This document shows positions 46,171 through 54,057 of a DNA stretch of 54,560 nucleotides, one piece after another. The DNA comes from a virus (Duplodnaviria; Caudoviricetes). The stretch is taken from the IMG/VR virus record IMGVR_UViG_3300032373_000010, positions 1 to 54,560 of that record; one strand, 5' to 3'. Position 1 is the first letter of the stretch, and each line of letters begins with the position of its first letter. Position numbers and translations under genes: made by a program. The notes beneath the pieces are model-generated. The model was not told where the DNA came from. It saw nothing but the letters and a program-made list of their open reading frames with translations, and did no database searches.

Positions 46171-46394
46171 GGGATCCTCGGCTCAAACCCGACATGGATC
46201 ATGTTGGCGTAGCGGGGGCGCACAGTTAGGGAATTGAGGTGAGTGCGGGCGTCTTCGGGCTCCTGCCCTCGGATCTCCAGCGAGCCGTCTTCGTTCTCCG
46301 CGAGCGTGAAGGTCCCCTGCTTGGTGGTGATCTTAATGTGTTCCTTAAGGTGTTCCAAGGTTACGTCACCGACCACCACATTGGTAATGTCCAC
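46167..46394 (-). CDS. Hypothetical protein
   Basis: Coupled ORF in the early operon. Confidence 0.65.
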   Translation of the reverse strand: MDITNVVVGDVTLEHLKEHIKITTKQGTFTLAENEDGSLEIRGQEPEDARTHLNSLTVRPRYANMIHVGFEPRIP

Positions 46395-46744
46395 TAGATC
46401 CTTCCTTCGAGGTCCAAGCGTCGGACCTCCTCCGCCCAGGCGGGCCAGGCTGCCAAGTCAACCCGCAGGCTGTCCAAGCTCGGGCCTCTCCCTTTGTGGC
46501 GGCCCCACGCGAGGATCAAGGCCAGCGGGCTCGCTCGTAGCTCCAGGGCCTTGTTCTCGTCGTCCAACTCGCAGACGTGATTCGGGACCAGCTCCTCCAT
46601 GATCACGTCGGCGTCGAGGGCCGCGCGCTTGATCACGCGCATGGCGAGGTCGGTCGGGTCCTCCTCGCTTTGCTCGCGCTGCTGGAGGGCGGCCTCAGGC
46701 GAGTCCGGCTTGGGTGGAGGCAGGAGCTTAGGACTGTTATCCAT
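46394..46744 (-). CDS. Hypothetical protein
   Basis: AAGGA RBS; coupled ORF. Confidence 0.65.
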   Translation of the reverse strand: MDNSPKLLPPPKPDSPEAALQQREQSEEDPTDLAMRVIKRAALDADVIMEELVPNHVCELDDENKALELRASPLALILAWGRHKGRGPSLDSLRVDLAAWPAWAEEVRRLDLEGRI

Positions 46745-46970
46745 TGGTCAATTCCTTCAAGTCGCGCTTCATTTCGTAGAAGATTTCCTCCAAGTCGGTA
46801 TCGTCTCCGTCCAAGAGTTGGGCCTGGATCGCCTCGAAGACCTTCACCGGGCTCAGCAGGCAGCCGACCAGAGCATGCTCCTTAGGAGTCAGGAGCCGCC
46901 GGGTAGTGGCGTTCTTGAGGTCCTCAGGCTCGAAGCCCTCGTCATAGATCAGCAGCATGTGGTTACTCAT
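46737..46970 (-). CDS. Hypothetical protein
   Basis: AAGGA RBS; flanked by 14-bp direct repeats. Confidence 0.65.
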   Translation of the reverse strand: MSNHMLLIYDEGFEPEDLKNATTRRLLTPKEHALVGCLLSPVKVFEAIQAQLLDGDDTDLEEIFYEMKRDLKELTNG

Positions 46971-47586
46971 TGTTGGTCAATTCCTTTGCCAAAGTTTCCA
47001 AATACCAGTCAACGTCGCCGTGGCTGTCCTCAGGGAAGAGGTCGTAGACGCTCTTGCAACCGAGTCCGATCTCCGAGTCCAGATCCAAGTCCGCTGGCCC
47101 GATCAGCGCCTCGACAAATGCCTCGGCGTAGGCTTCGCTGCTGACCTCAATGGGTCGCACGCAGAAGTCAGGGCCGCCCTCACGGAGGTCACCCAGGGCG
47201 AACACCAGGCCCACGCTCTGGAAGTCCTTCTTGAGGCGCTCCCAGCGGCGCATGGCGCTCGCCAGGGCGGTCTGGGGGCAGAAGTCGGCCCACCACTGCT
47301 CGAAGGGCCAGACACGCCCGTAGCGAGAGAAGAGGTCCTGAATGTCTAGGGCTACCCGCGTGAGCTTGGCCTCGCCCCAGGACTGGGGGCATGTTGCTGT
47401 GGTCGTGTCAATCATGCTTGCCACCACGCCGCAAGATTCGAGCGGCACCAGCAAAGGGTAGGCGGGGTAAAGGGCCGGATCACGTAGCCGATTAGTTGGC
47501 GCACGGTCACGTCCAGCCGGATCGCGCAGCGTATGCAGACGTGCTTGGTCATACCGAGTCCTCGCCATACTTGCCGCTCGCGTCAA
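46963..47586 (-). CDS. Hypothetical protein (start uncertain)
   Basis: ORF in the early operon; true start probably downstream of 47586. Confidence 0.55.
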   Translation of the reverse strand: MTRAASMARTRYDQARLHTLRDPAGRDRAPTNRLRDPALYPAYPLLVPLESCGVVASMIDTTTATCPQSWGEAKLTRVALDIQDLFSRYGRVWPFEQWWADFCPQTALASAMRRWERLKKDFQSVGLVFALGDLREGGPDFCVRPIEVSSEAYAEAFVEALIGPADLDLDSEIGLGCKSVYDLFPEDSHGDVDWYLETLAKELTNNE

Positions 47587-47746
47587 AGCCTGGGCATGGG
47601 CACCACCGCTTGCTGCAGAGGGCCTTGTCGATCTCGACTTGCGACTGGGTGCCGTCTTCGTGGATCATGGTGGCGTTGGCCTTGGCATAGCCTCGGTTGT
47701 GCTGGCCGAGGACGTGGCCGCAGTGCTTACAAAGGAGGTCTACCAT
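47549..47746 (-). CDS. Small zinc-binding protein
   Basis: CKHCGH...H...C...CPC. Confidence 0.65.
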   Translation of the reverse strand: MVDLLCKHCGHVLGQHNRGYAKANATMIHEDGTQSQVEIDKALCSKRWCPCPGFDASGKYGEDSV

Positions 47747-47940
47747 TGCTTTTCTTCCATGGCGCTCAGCCTGGCCTCTAGGTCAGAGAGGCGCGCTTCC
47801 AGTCTCTCGCGGCGCCTCTTCTTAGAGGCGGCTAGCTTGCGCTGCTTGTCTGCCCTTGAGCCGCTGCCGCAGACTACGCACCCGTCTAGTCCTCGGTCGT
47901 GGCCGAACCTCCTGCATTGTGATTTTGCTTTGCTGGTCAT
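47740..47940 (-). CDS. Small zinc-finger/coiled-coil protein
   Basis: C..GH...CVVCG; flanked by 15-bp direct repeats. Confidence 0.6.
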   Translation of the reverse strand: MTSKAKSQCRRFGHDRGLDGCVVCGSGSRADKQRKLAASKKRRRERLEARLSDLEARLSAMEEKQW

Positions 47941-48095
47941 TGCTTTTCTTCCTTGAGGCGCAGCAACTCAATCGCGCGCTTCTTACTTACCCGCCCGGTG
48001 CTTCCGCACGCCAGGCACTTCCTCTTCTTACCGTGGCAGATAGGGCACGTTACATTACCCTTCGGACACCTGCCAGACTTGCCGCGTTTACTCAT
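47937..48095 (-). CDS. 52-aa zinc-finger protein (not in ORF track)
   Basis: MSKRGKSGRCPKGNVTCPICHGKKRKCLACGSTG...; ATGA overlaps at both ends. Confidence 0.65.
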   Translation of the reverse strand: MSKRGKSGRCPKGNVTCPICHGKKRKCLACGSTGRVSKKRAIELLRLKEEKQ

Positions 48096-48646
48096 GTCTC
48101 CCCCTTACCAAAGTGTTCGGCTACGTGGCGATAGAGCCCCCATGTGCTCTTGCTCGTTAGGGTCGCCTTTACGTTCCGAGTCCACTCGTCGAGTCCGTGC
48201 AAGCGGTCCCAGGCGTTGGTGACGGTCATGGCCTCAAGGGGCACCTCGATCCGGGATCGGGCGTCGTCGTGGGGTCGGACGACAACATGCCCATTGGGCC
48301 CCCTGTGGGTAACCTGCCCCAGGAAGTTGTAGTTGGCCAGGACCTCGTTGCCTATCACCACGAACTCGCGGCAGCGAACGAGCGCGCCCTCGGCAACGGT
48401 GGCTGCCTTGCGGTAGCGCCCGACCTCCTCCTCCAACCGACAGAAAGCGGAGTAGCCCTCTCGGGAGCGCACTCGCTCCTCTGCCTGCCTTTCGCGATCC
48501 TGAAGGATCTTGAACATAGGCTCAAAACACTCCGAACCGTCGAGTCCGTGGCGCAAGTAAGCGCGCTCCAGGGCCGCCCACGCGTCGAAGTCGCCGGGGT
48601 TGGCGTGGGCCTGGCGCTGCAGGGCTTCGATCTTGGTGAGGCTCAC
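48092..48646 (-). CDS. Hypothetical protein
   Basis: Coupled ORF; TPR-like N-terminal helix pair. Confidence 0.6.
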   Translation of the reverse strand: MSLTKIEALQRQAHANPGDFDAWAALERAYLRHGLDGSECFEPMFKILQDRERQAEERVRSREGYSAFCRLEEEVGRYRKAATVAEGALVRCREFVVIGNEVLANYNFLGQVTHRGPNGHVVVRPHDDARSRIEVPLEAMTVTNAWDRLHGLDEWTRNVKATLTSKSTWGLYRHVAEHFGKGET

Positions 48647-49080
48647 AAGGCACCTAGCCAGCGCAAGAGGTGCCTTGTCAGCCCCAGGACTGTGATCCCT
48701 GCGGCTGTCACGAGCACGCAGGCGAGCACATTCCCCATGCTTTGGTCAAACGCCAGTTGCCTTGCTAGCTTCTCCTTCTCAATCTCCGCCAAAGTAGTCC
48801 TGATCTCGGCGGGGGAGGGGAAGTCGTAGTAGTCCTCTCGCGCGCCGCATGTCGGACAGCCCGAGTGAAACTCACGCAAGCAGAGCTTGTGTAGCGCGGT
48901 GCCGCAGTCGCACGACCACGAGGCCTCCGCCTTGCAGAGCGCGCAGACAACGAGTCCGGGTTTCGAGTCCGCAGACACAGTCAGATCGCAGCGGTGATCG
49001 GGGAGCCCGTGGAGGAAGTCGCCGCAGGGCCCGCGCTCGCGCACGACCTTCCTCTCGAAGGCCTTGCCGAAGTCGATCAT
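48643..49080 (-). CDS. RING/PHD-like (C4HC3) zinc-finger membrane protein
   Basis: CALC-x7-CDC-x4-H-x2-C-x7-CPTC followed by a C-terminal TM helix. Confidence 0.7.
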   Translation of the reverse strand: MIDFGKAFERKVVRERGPCGDFLHGLPDHRCDLTVSADSKPGLVVCALCKAEASWSCDCGTALHKLCLREFHSGCPTCGAREDYYDFPSPAEIRTTLAEIEKEKLARQLAFDQSMGNVLACVLVTAAGITVLGLTRHLLRWLGAL

Positions 49081-49310
49081 TGGGATCCGTCCGAGTCTGC
49101 GAGGTAGAAGGTGAGCCCGTCCCTGCCATTGACGATCCAGCCGCCCTCAACGCGCTTACGCGCTGTGTAGTTCCCGAGGTCCTCCCAGCCCTCCGCCTCA
49201 AGGCGCTGCCTTCTGCGCTCCTTCCACGAGGGCCTGCTAGCCAGGAAGTAGATCAAGCCAACGCAGGCCAGGATAAGGAGGCCAGGCCCCCAAGGTCGGT
49301 CGTGGCTCAC
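49077..49310 (-). CDS. Small membrane protein
   Basis: N-terminal TM segment; coupled at both ends. Confidence 0.6.
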   Translation of the reverse strand: MSHDRPWGPGLLILACVGLIYFLASRPSWKERRRQRLEAEGWEDLGNYTARKRVEGGWIVNGRDGLTFYLADSDGSQ

Positions 49311-49741
49311 TAGTCAATCCTCGCTTCCGAGATCAAGTCTCCCTGAAACCAGACTTGCACGCGGCGCTGGCCGTCGCTAACGCAGACCCCAATCGACAGG
49401 CCAGCCTTGAGGGCGTCAGCGAGTCCGGGAATCGAGTCCGGGGGCGTAGTCCTCGTCTCGGGGCGTGTCGGGTCCTCACCCACTCCGGGCCAGGGTAGGA
49501 CCTCGTGGGCGTGGGCCAGGCGCCGGAGCCCCCTCAGGGGATCCTCGTTAGGGGGCAGGAATGGCAGGCTCTCGACCATATCCATAGCGGGATCATGGAA
49601 GGCCTCGCGCTTCAGGGCGCGCTCTACCAGGGCCCTGTCAGGATCTAGGGCCCTGGCCCTGGCCCTGATCCTCTCGGCTCTCGCCTTACGGGCCCTCGCC
49701 CTCTTAGCCTTCGCTATCAGCCGCTCGCGCTTACTCTCCAC
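49310..49741 (-). CDS. Hypothetical protein
   Basis: Arg/Ala-rich N-terminus; GGGAGG RBS. Confidence 0.55.
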   Translation of the reverse strand: MESKRERLIAKAKRARARKARAERIRARARALDPDRALVERALKREAFHDPAMDMVESLPFLPPNEDPLRGLRRLAHAHEVLPWPGVGEDPTRPETRTTPPDSIPGLADALKAGLSIGVCVSDGQRRVQVWFQGDLISEARID

Positions 49742-49888
49742 GCTGGCCCTCCCATTCCCTCAGCTCCTCGCGCTGGCGCCTACGGCCCTTGCGATAGCCT
49801 GCCTTCCGATCGGGCTTTCGGGTCTTTCCGTCAACGCCTGAGCCGCTGCCGCCACCGGGCTTGTCGTTTGGCTTGTCGCTTTGCGTGC

Positions 49889-50080
49889 TCACCAGTCCAC
49901 CCCCTTGCTATCCCAGTCTAGGCCGGGACTATCCCCGAACATAAGCGCCCAAACGTCTGGCTGGCCTTGCTTGGCCTTAGCCTTTTCCATTGCCCTCTTG
50001 GCCTTGGCTTTAAGAATTGCTGCCTTTAGCCTTCTTCGCTTTTCTTCTTCAGACACTGAGTCCACCTTTCGAGTCCGCAA
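49889..50080 (-). CDS. Hypothetical basic protein (start uncertain)
   Basis: Short ORF beginning inside the GAGTCC array. Confidence 0.45.
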   Translation of the reverse strand: MRTRKVDSVSEEEKRRRLKAAILKAKAKRAMEKAKAKQGQPDVWALMFGDSPGLDWDSKGVDW

Positions 50081-50128
50081 AATGAGTCCGGGTTTCGAGT
50101 CCGGGTTTCGAGTCCGGGATCGCAGTCT
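50058..50128. repeat. 13-bp-period array of GAGTCC (5 exact copies plus 1 degenerate)
   Basis: GAGTCC at 50058, 50071, 50084, 50097, 50110; CAGTCT at 50123. Confidence 0.95.
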
Positions 50129-50153
50129 ATACGATCCCCTGTCACTACCGCAA
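50124..50153 (-). promoter_or_regulatory. Putative sigma70-type promoter
   Basis: -35 TTGCGG (50153-50148), 18-nt spacer, -10 TAGACT (50129-50124); directly after the GCCCCC/GGGGGC hairpin at 50154-50180. Confidence 0.5.
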
Positions 50154-50190
50154 GCCCCCGCAGAATTACACTGAGGGGGCGCGGTGCCAG

Positions 50191-50631
50191 CTAGCAGTCT
50201 GAGGCGAAGATACCTCCCACCACGTCACCCAATGAGGCGCCGGGATCCTCGCTCCCCTCCCAGCAATCGCGACACTCCTCCTCTGGCATGCTCAGCTCAG
50301 AGGCAGGGTGTAGCTTGCGACAGGAGGAGCAACGCTCAAGGGGCCCGCTCGCGAGCGCCTCAAGGGCTGCCTTGGGATTCTCTCCCCGGTAGGCCTTGCG
50401 GACGTGGGCGCGGGACCAGCCCGCTTCTTCTGCCTGAGCTGCCAAGGCCTGGAGAGACTCGGGTCCCTCTACGCGCCACTCCCAGAAAGAGTGTCGTGCT
50501 TCGCGAACCTTGACGGACTCCGCCATTGAGAGGTAGCTATAGCTCCCCCATTCTTTCCAGGGGGCGCCTGCGTTCTCGCGATACTGGACACTCCACCCAT
50601 GGGGGTGCAATCGGCTTGCTGGCTTGCTCAC
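50191..50631 (-). CDS. Hypothetical protein with C-terminal CxxC...CxxC
   Basis: GTGA overlap; CSSC/CRDC. Confidence 0.6.
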   Translation of the reverse strand: MSKPASRLHPHGWSVQYRENAGAPWKEWGSYSYLSMAESVKVREARHSFWEWRVEGPESLQALAAQAEEAGWSRAHVRKAYRGENPKAALEALASGPLERCSSCRKLHPASELSMPEEECRDCWEGSEDPGASLGDVVGGIFASDC

Positions 50632-50933
50632 GAGGTCAGCCCAGAGAGGTCAAGCTCAAGGTCGAAGGTATCCGCAAGGTCCCCCAGGGCCTCGCGCTCG
50701 CTGGAGTGGGGGCCCGTCCATGACGTGCAGTCCATGTAACCCGGTGCTGAGAGCCTGGCATACCAGCCCGACTCCCGCGTGAATTCCTCGGGCTCGCCCT
50801 CGCAGTAGTCAGCGAACGCCAGGAGGTCAGGCGAGGACCCTACGAGGTCTGCAGGAATGATCTCGGTTCCGTGGGAGGTTTCGACGTGGTAGCACGTCAT
50901 TTTGACGGATTGCGGCTGCATAAAGTCGGACAT
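50628..50933 (-). CDS. Conserved phage early protein
   Basis: GWYARLSAPGYMDCT.W motif recurrent in phage early regions; MSD start. Confidence 0.75.
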   Translation of the reverse strand: MSDFMQPQSVKMTCYHVETSHGTEIIPADLVGSSPDLLAFADYCEGEPEEFTRESGWYARLSAPGYMDCTSWTGPHSSEREALGDLADTFDLELDLSGLTS

Positions 50934-51167
50934 TGGGGGCTGCTTTCGTGGTGAGCTGCAAGAAATTACGGCTCGGAGTTATTGCGAGCTTGCACGCCGA
51001 AAAGAGGGCCTTTCCTATAGTCCTATAGACTTAGGTCGAAAAGACACCCGAAACGGCTACGAGCTGCGCAGAATTGAGGACAAGATAGCGCGGCGCAAGT
51101 TACGAGCTTACGCGCTTACGGGCCCGGACTAGGGCTCGCGCTTAGTGGACTAGGCTAGGGCAGAAGG

Positions 51168-51800
51168 CTAGCTGCAAGGGCAATCGGCTTTGCCACAAAT
51201 AGAGTCCTCGCTGAGGCGCCTTGCGGTATCTCGCTCGTCCTCCTCGTCCTCCTCGCTGATATGCCAGCGCAGACCCAAGGCGAGATAGAGCGCGCTCCAA
51301 TGAGCCTCATGGAAATCATAACCGGCCCCGTGCACGCCGAGGAAAAGACTACCGTCGATCTCTCGCGCGAGGAAGCCCGTCGAGCCTACCTCCTGCCAGC
51401 CGCTCGCCTCAAGGTCTGCGCGCTCGTCATAGGACTCGCGCCACTGCTCCAGCAGATCTTCGCGGGTCTGCTCCAGCCAGTCCTCACAAGTGAGGTCCTC
51501 GGCGTCTTCAGGCTCGGCAAAGTCTAGGCCGTGCTCCTCGGCAAACTCGCGGAGGGTCCTCGCCTCAGAGTCCTCCGGCAAGGCGCTGCAGAGCATGCGC
51601 GCAATGTTCGGCGCAAAATCGTCACAGCGAAACAGGGTCCCCCACATAGGCCAGGCGTAGCACTCGACCTCACCTTGTCCGTCGTGGTATTGCGAGGCGA
51701 GCTGGGCCCAGTCTTGGGGGATACTGGCGAAGGAACGATTGGCGAAATGCTGGACGGATTCGCGGAGCTTGGCGGATTCGGGTGCGTAGAAGTCGGACAT
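51168..51800 (-). CDS. Conserved acidic hypothetical protein
   Basis: PMWGTLF and GAGYDF.EAHW..LY motifs; AAAGG RBS; MSD start. Confidence 0.75.
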   Translation of the reverse strand: MSDFYAPESAKLRESVQHFANRSFASIPQDWAQLASQYHDGQGEVECYAWPMWGTLFRCDDFAPNIARMLCSALPEDSEARTLREFAEEHGLDFAEPEDAEDLTCEDWLEQTREDLLEQWRESYDERADLEASGWQEVGSTGFLAREIDGSLFLGVHGAGYDFHEAHWSALYLALGLRWHISEEDEEDERDTARRLSEDSICGKADCPCS

Positions 51801-51902
51801 TGGGATAGGCCTTTCTAAGGCTAGGGGGAAGGATACAGAGCGCGCTTAGGATTTGATCCACGCCTACACCCGGAGGGTGTCGCGAGCGCGCTGAGGGGGC
51901 TG

Positions 51903-52049
51903 CTAGAGCTTTAGGCCCAGCCAGCCGCGCTTGTAAGCAGAGATAAGTAAATCGTCTGCGCCCCTGAATTCGGGTAGTTTGGGGGGAGGGTTATAGAACC
52001 CCTCCCGCTTATCTTTCCTGCCCCAGTTCCATGCTTCGCGTTCTGACAT
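51903..52049 (-). CDS. 48-aa hypothetical protein (not in ORF track)
   Basis: MSEREAWNWGRKDKREGFYNPPP...AYKRGWLGLKL; shares the ATGTCAGA start context. Confidence 0.55.
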   Translation of the reverse strand: MSEREAWNWGRKDKREGFYNPPPKLPEFRGADDLLISAYKRGWLGLKL

Positions 52050-52089
52050 TGGGTGTTCTCTCTCTCTCTTAGTGGTGAAGGGTAGGGCG

Positions 52090-52218
52090 TTACTTCGCGA
52101 GCGCGTAGCCTGCCAAGTAGAGGGCGAGGCCAGTCTGGTAGGGCAAGCCCATTGCGTCTGCTAGGGCTTGCGCCCTCGTGTTGGTGAGGCGCAACGCCTT
52201 ATCGTGCGGGGTGCTCAC
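52090..52218 (-). CDS. 42-aa hypothetical protein (not in ORF track)
   Basis: TAGTG overlap with the upstream gene; open to TAA at 52090. Confidence 0.45.
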   Translation of the reverse strand: MSTPHDKALRLTNTRAQALADAMGLPYQTGLALYLAGYALAK

Positions 52219-52415
52219 TAGGACAGATCCAGCAAGCTCTCAAGCTCCTCGCGGGGGATCTTGACCCCAGCGCGGCTCAGGGCCTCAAGCGCGCAAGTTA
52301 TGTCGCCAGCAGCTTGCCTGTCCAGCATGGCACTAGGAAGGGCCAGGCTGCGCGCTAGTTTGGTGGCAGCCTCGGTGAGATAGGTTAGGGCTTCGATCTT
52401 CTTGGCGTCTGACAT
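52218..52415 (-). CDS. Hypothetical early protein
   Basis: GGGAGG RBS inside the 132-bp repeat; MSD start. Confidence 0.7.
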   Translation of the reverse strand: MSDAKKIEALTYLTEAATKLARSLALPSAMLDRQAAGDITCALEALSRAGVKIPREELESLLDLS

Positions 52416-52538
52416 GGTAGCCTCCCTGGCTCGTTTGGGTATGTCTCCAATTATACGGATTGGAGTGTAAGTTTCCAGGGTAAACCGGGGAGTAATTTAA
52501 GTATTCCCCAAGTGTAACCCTGGCAGTAAGTTAGACCT
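52407..52538 (-). promoter_or_regulatory. 132-bp early-gene module, copy 1 (stop codon, hairpin, promoter, RBS, start)
   Basis: 129/132 identical to 52900-53031; TATAAT at 52455-52450; hairpin 52475-52523; GGAGG RBS. Confidence 0.85.
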
Positions 52539-52908
52539 TCGCGGAGATACCATAGGTTTCAAGCTCGCCCACGATTTGGTCTTGCACGCTGTCAAGCTCG
52601 CCTGTCCATTCCAGCGAAAAGGAACCGTCTCCATGATCCTCAGCGCTCGCGTTATCGTCGCCGGAGAGCTGTTGCAGAACGCTCAGGATTTGGGAGGGAT
52701 CGGCGTCTTTTGACTCTAGGTCCAGCCCGCAAAGCTCGCCCTCCTCTGGGGTCTCGCACTCGCTCAAGCCGTCCTCGTCGCACCCGTGCTCCTCGCACTC
52801 ATGGCAGAGGTCAGGGCTGGAAACGTCATTGCTGATTGCGGTCTCGAAACAATCGCGACAGGCGCAGGAAGTGTAACCGCTCGTAGAAATGATTCGCGTG
52901 TCTGACAT
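52531..52908 (-). CDS. Acidic Cys-rich early protein
   Basis: CACRDC...CHECEEHGC; bracketed by the two 132-bp repeats. Confidence 0.75.
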   Translation of the reverse strand: MSDTRIISTSGYTSCACRDCFETAISNDVSSPDLCHECEEHGCDEDGLSECETPEEGELCGLDLESKDADPSQILSVLQQLSGDDNASAEDHGDGSFSLEWTGELDSVQDQIVGELETYGISAKV

Positions 52909-53031
52909 GGTAGCCTCCTGGGCTCGTTTGGGTATGTCTCCAATTATACGGATTGGAGTGTAAGTTTCCAGGGTAAACCGGGGAGTAATTTAAGTATTCC
53001 CCAAGTGTAACCCTGGCAGTAACTTAGACCT
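52900..53031 (-). promoter_or_regulatory. 132-bp early-gene module, copy 2
   Basis: Near-identical to copy 1; TATAAT at 52948-52943. Confidence 0.85.
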
Positions 53032-53917
53032 CAAAAGTAGGGCAGGGCAGGCTATCGCGACACCTTGCGGACAAGGCCGGACCCTCAATCTCTTCCGGCT
53101 CGCGCTCGTCCGATTCGCTCTTTCCCCAGACCTCCCACTGGCTGCCATAGGCCCCCGGAGCGAAGAGAATCACCCAACCGTGATTGCTCGCGTGCTTGAG
53201 CACGTCTGACGCGTCGCTGGCGTAGACCTCGCACAAGGGCTCAGCCCCATACCCAAAGGCTGAGAGGTCTACGCCAAGGTAGTTCACGGGAGCGCTGTAT
53301 TCGCTGGCCTCAAGGTGTTCTACGTAGGGCGCGGGATCGCTCTCCACGCAATCGGCACAAGAGTAGTCTCCGTCTCCGATATAGCCCTTCATGATCCAGC
53401 CCCAGTGTTGAGACGTTGTGCCGAAAGCGCGGTTGCAATCGCAGACGAGGTAATCGTCCGGCCAATCGGTGGCGAATCCCTCTTGTTGGCATGCTTCCTC
53501 AAGTCCTTCCCACCCGTTCCAGTTTCCGAGGATAAGCCCAGACTCGCTGGGGCCCATGTTCTCGGCTTCGGCGTAGCCCTCGCAGAGGCGCCAATTTCCA
53601 GAGCCCTCAGAGGCAAGCCTACCGAGTAGTCGCACCATGATCGGGGCTGCCTTAGCCTGCCAGGCGTCTGGGGCCGCCTCAGGGCGCCTGAAGCCTACGT
53701 CATGGGGGGAAAGGCTATCAGCACCCGTCCAACGCGCCTCAAGGGCTCTCAGGCGTTCTAGGTAGGGCTTCTCTGCACCCCCTACCTTGCCGCAAGCGCA
53801 GCCCTGAGAGTAGGTAGGCCAGACATGGATACCCAAGCGACACTTGAGTTGAGCGGCAAGGGCCTTGTCTCCCATGCGCTGGGCCTTGCGCAAGCGGTTG
53901 ACCGTTGACGTGCTCAC
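53024..53917 (-). CDS. Hypothetical early protein
   Basis: 297 aa; GNWNG, CDC...CADC; GTGA overlap. Confidence 0.7.
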   Translation of the reverse strand: MSTSTVNRLRKAQRMGDKALAAQLKCRLGIHVWPTYSQGCACGKVGGAEKPYLERLRALEARWTGADSLSPHDVGFRRPEAAPDAWQAKAAPIMVRLLGRLASEGSGNWRLCEGYAEAENMGPSESGLILGNWNGWEGLEEACQQEGFATDWPDDYLVCDCNRAFGTTSQHWGWIMKGYIGDGDYSCADCVESDPAPYVEHLEASEYSAPVNYLGVDLSAFGYGAEPLCEVYASDASDVLKHASNHGWVILFAPGAYGSQWEVWGKSESDEREPEEIEGPALSARCRDSLPCPTFEV

Positions 53918-54057
53918 GACTTCACCGCTTCCTTGACCATGCTGCGGACAAGGCCGAAGGCTAGCAAGTGCTCAAGGCGCAAGGGGGGAGGCAGGATAGC
54001 GCTAAGGCCCTGGGCCTTGCGCAGGAGGTTCGTAGCGTGGGGAGAGAGGTCTGACAT
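53914..54057 (-). CDS. Small hypothetical early protein
   Basis: Start set at ATG 54057 (MSDLSP) by homology with the repeat modules. Confidence 0.6.
   Translation of the reverse strand: MSDLSPHATNLLRKAQGLSAILPPPLRLEHLLAFGLVRSMVKEAVKS

Noticed and set aside
50058-50128. CRISPR or mini-CRISPR array
   Set aside because: The 13-bp period is far too short and there are no unique spacers; the Cas4-like gene is a typical phage replication/recombination nuclease
52475-52537. Integron attC site (GTCTAAC at a stop codon followed by a long imperfect hairpin)
   Set aside because: Copy 2 has GTCTAAG, there is no matching GTTRRRY at the far end, the unit carries its own promoter, and no tyrosine recombinase is present
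2838-53917. Many genes starting GTGAGC as a special motif
   Set aside because: Mostly explained by GTGA or TAGTG stop/start overlaps (ordinary translational coupling)
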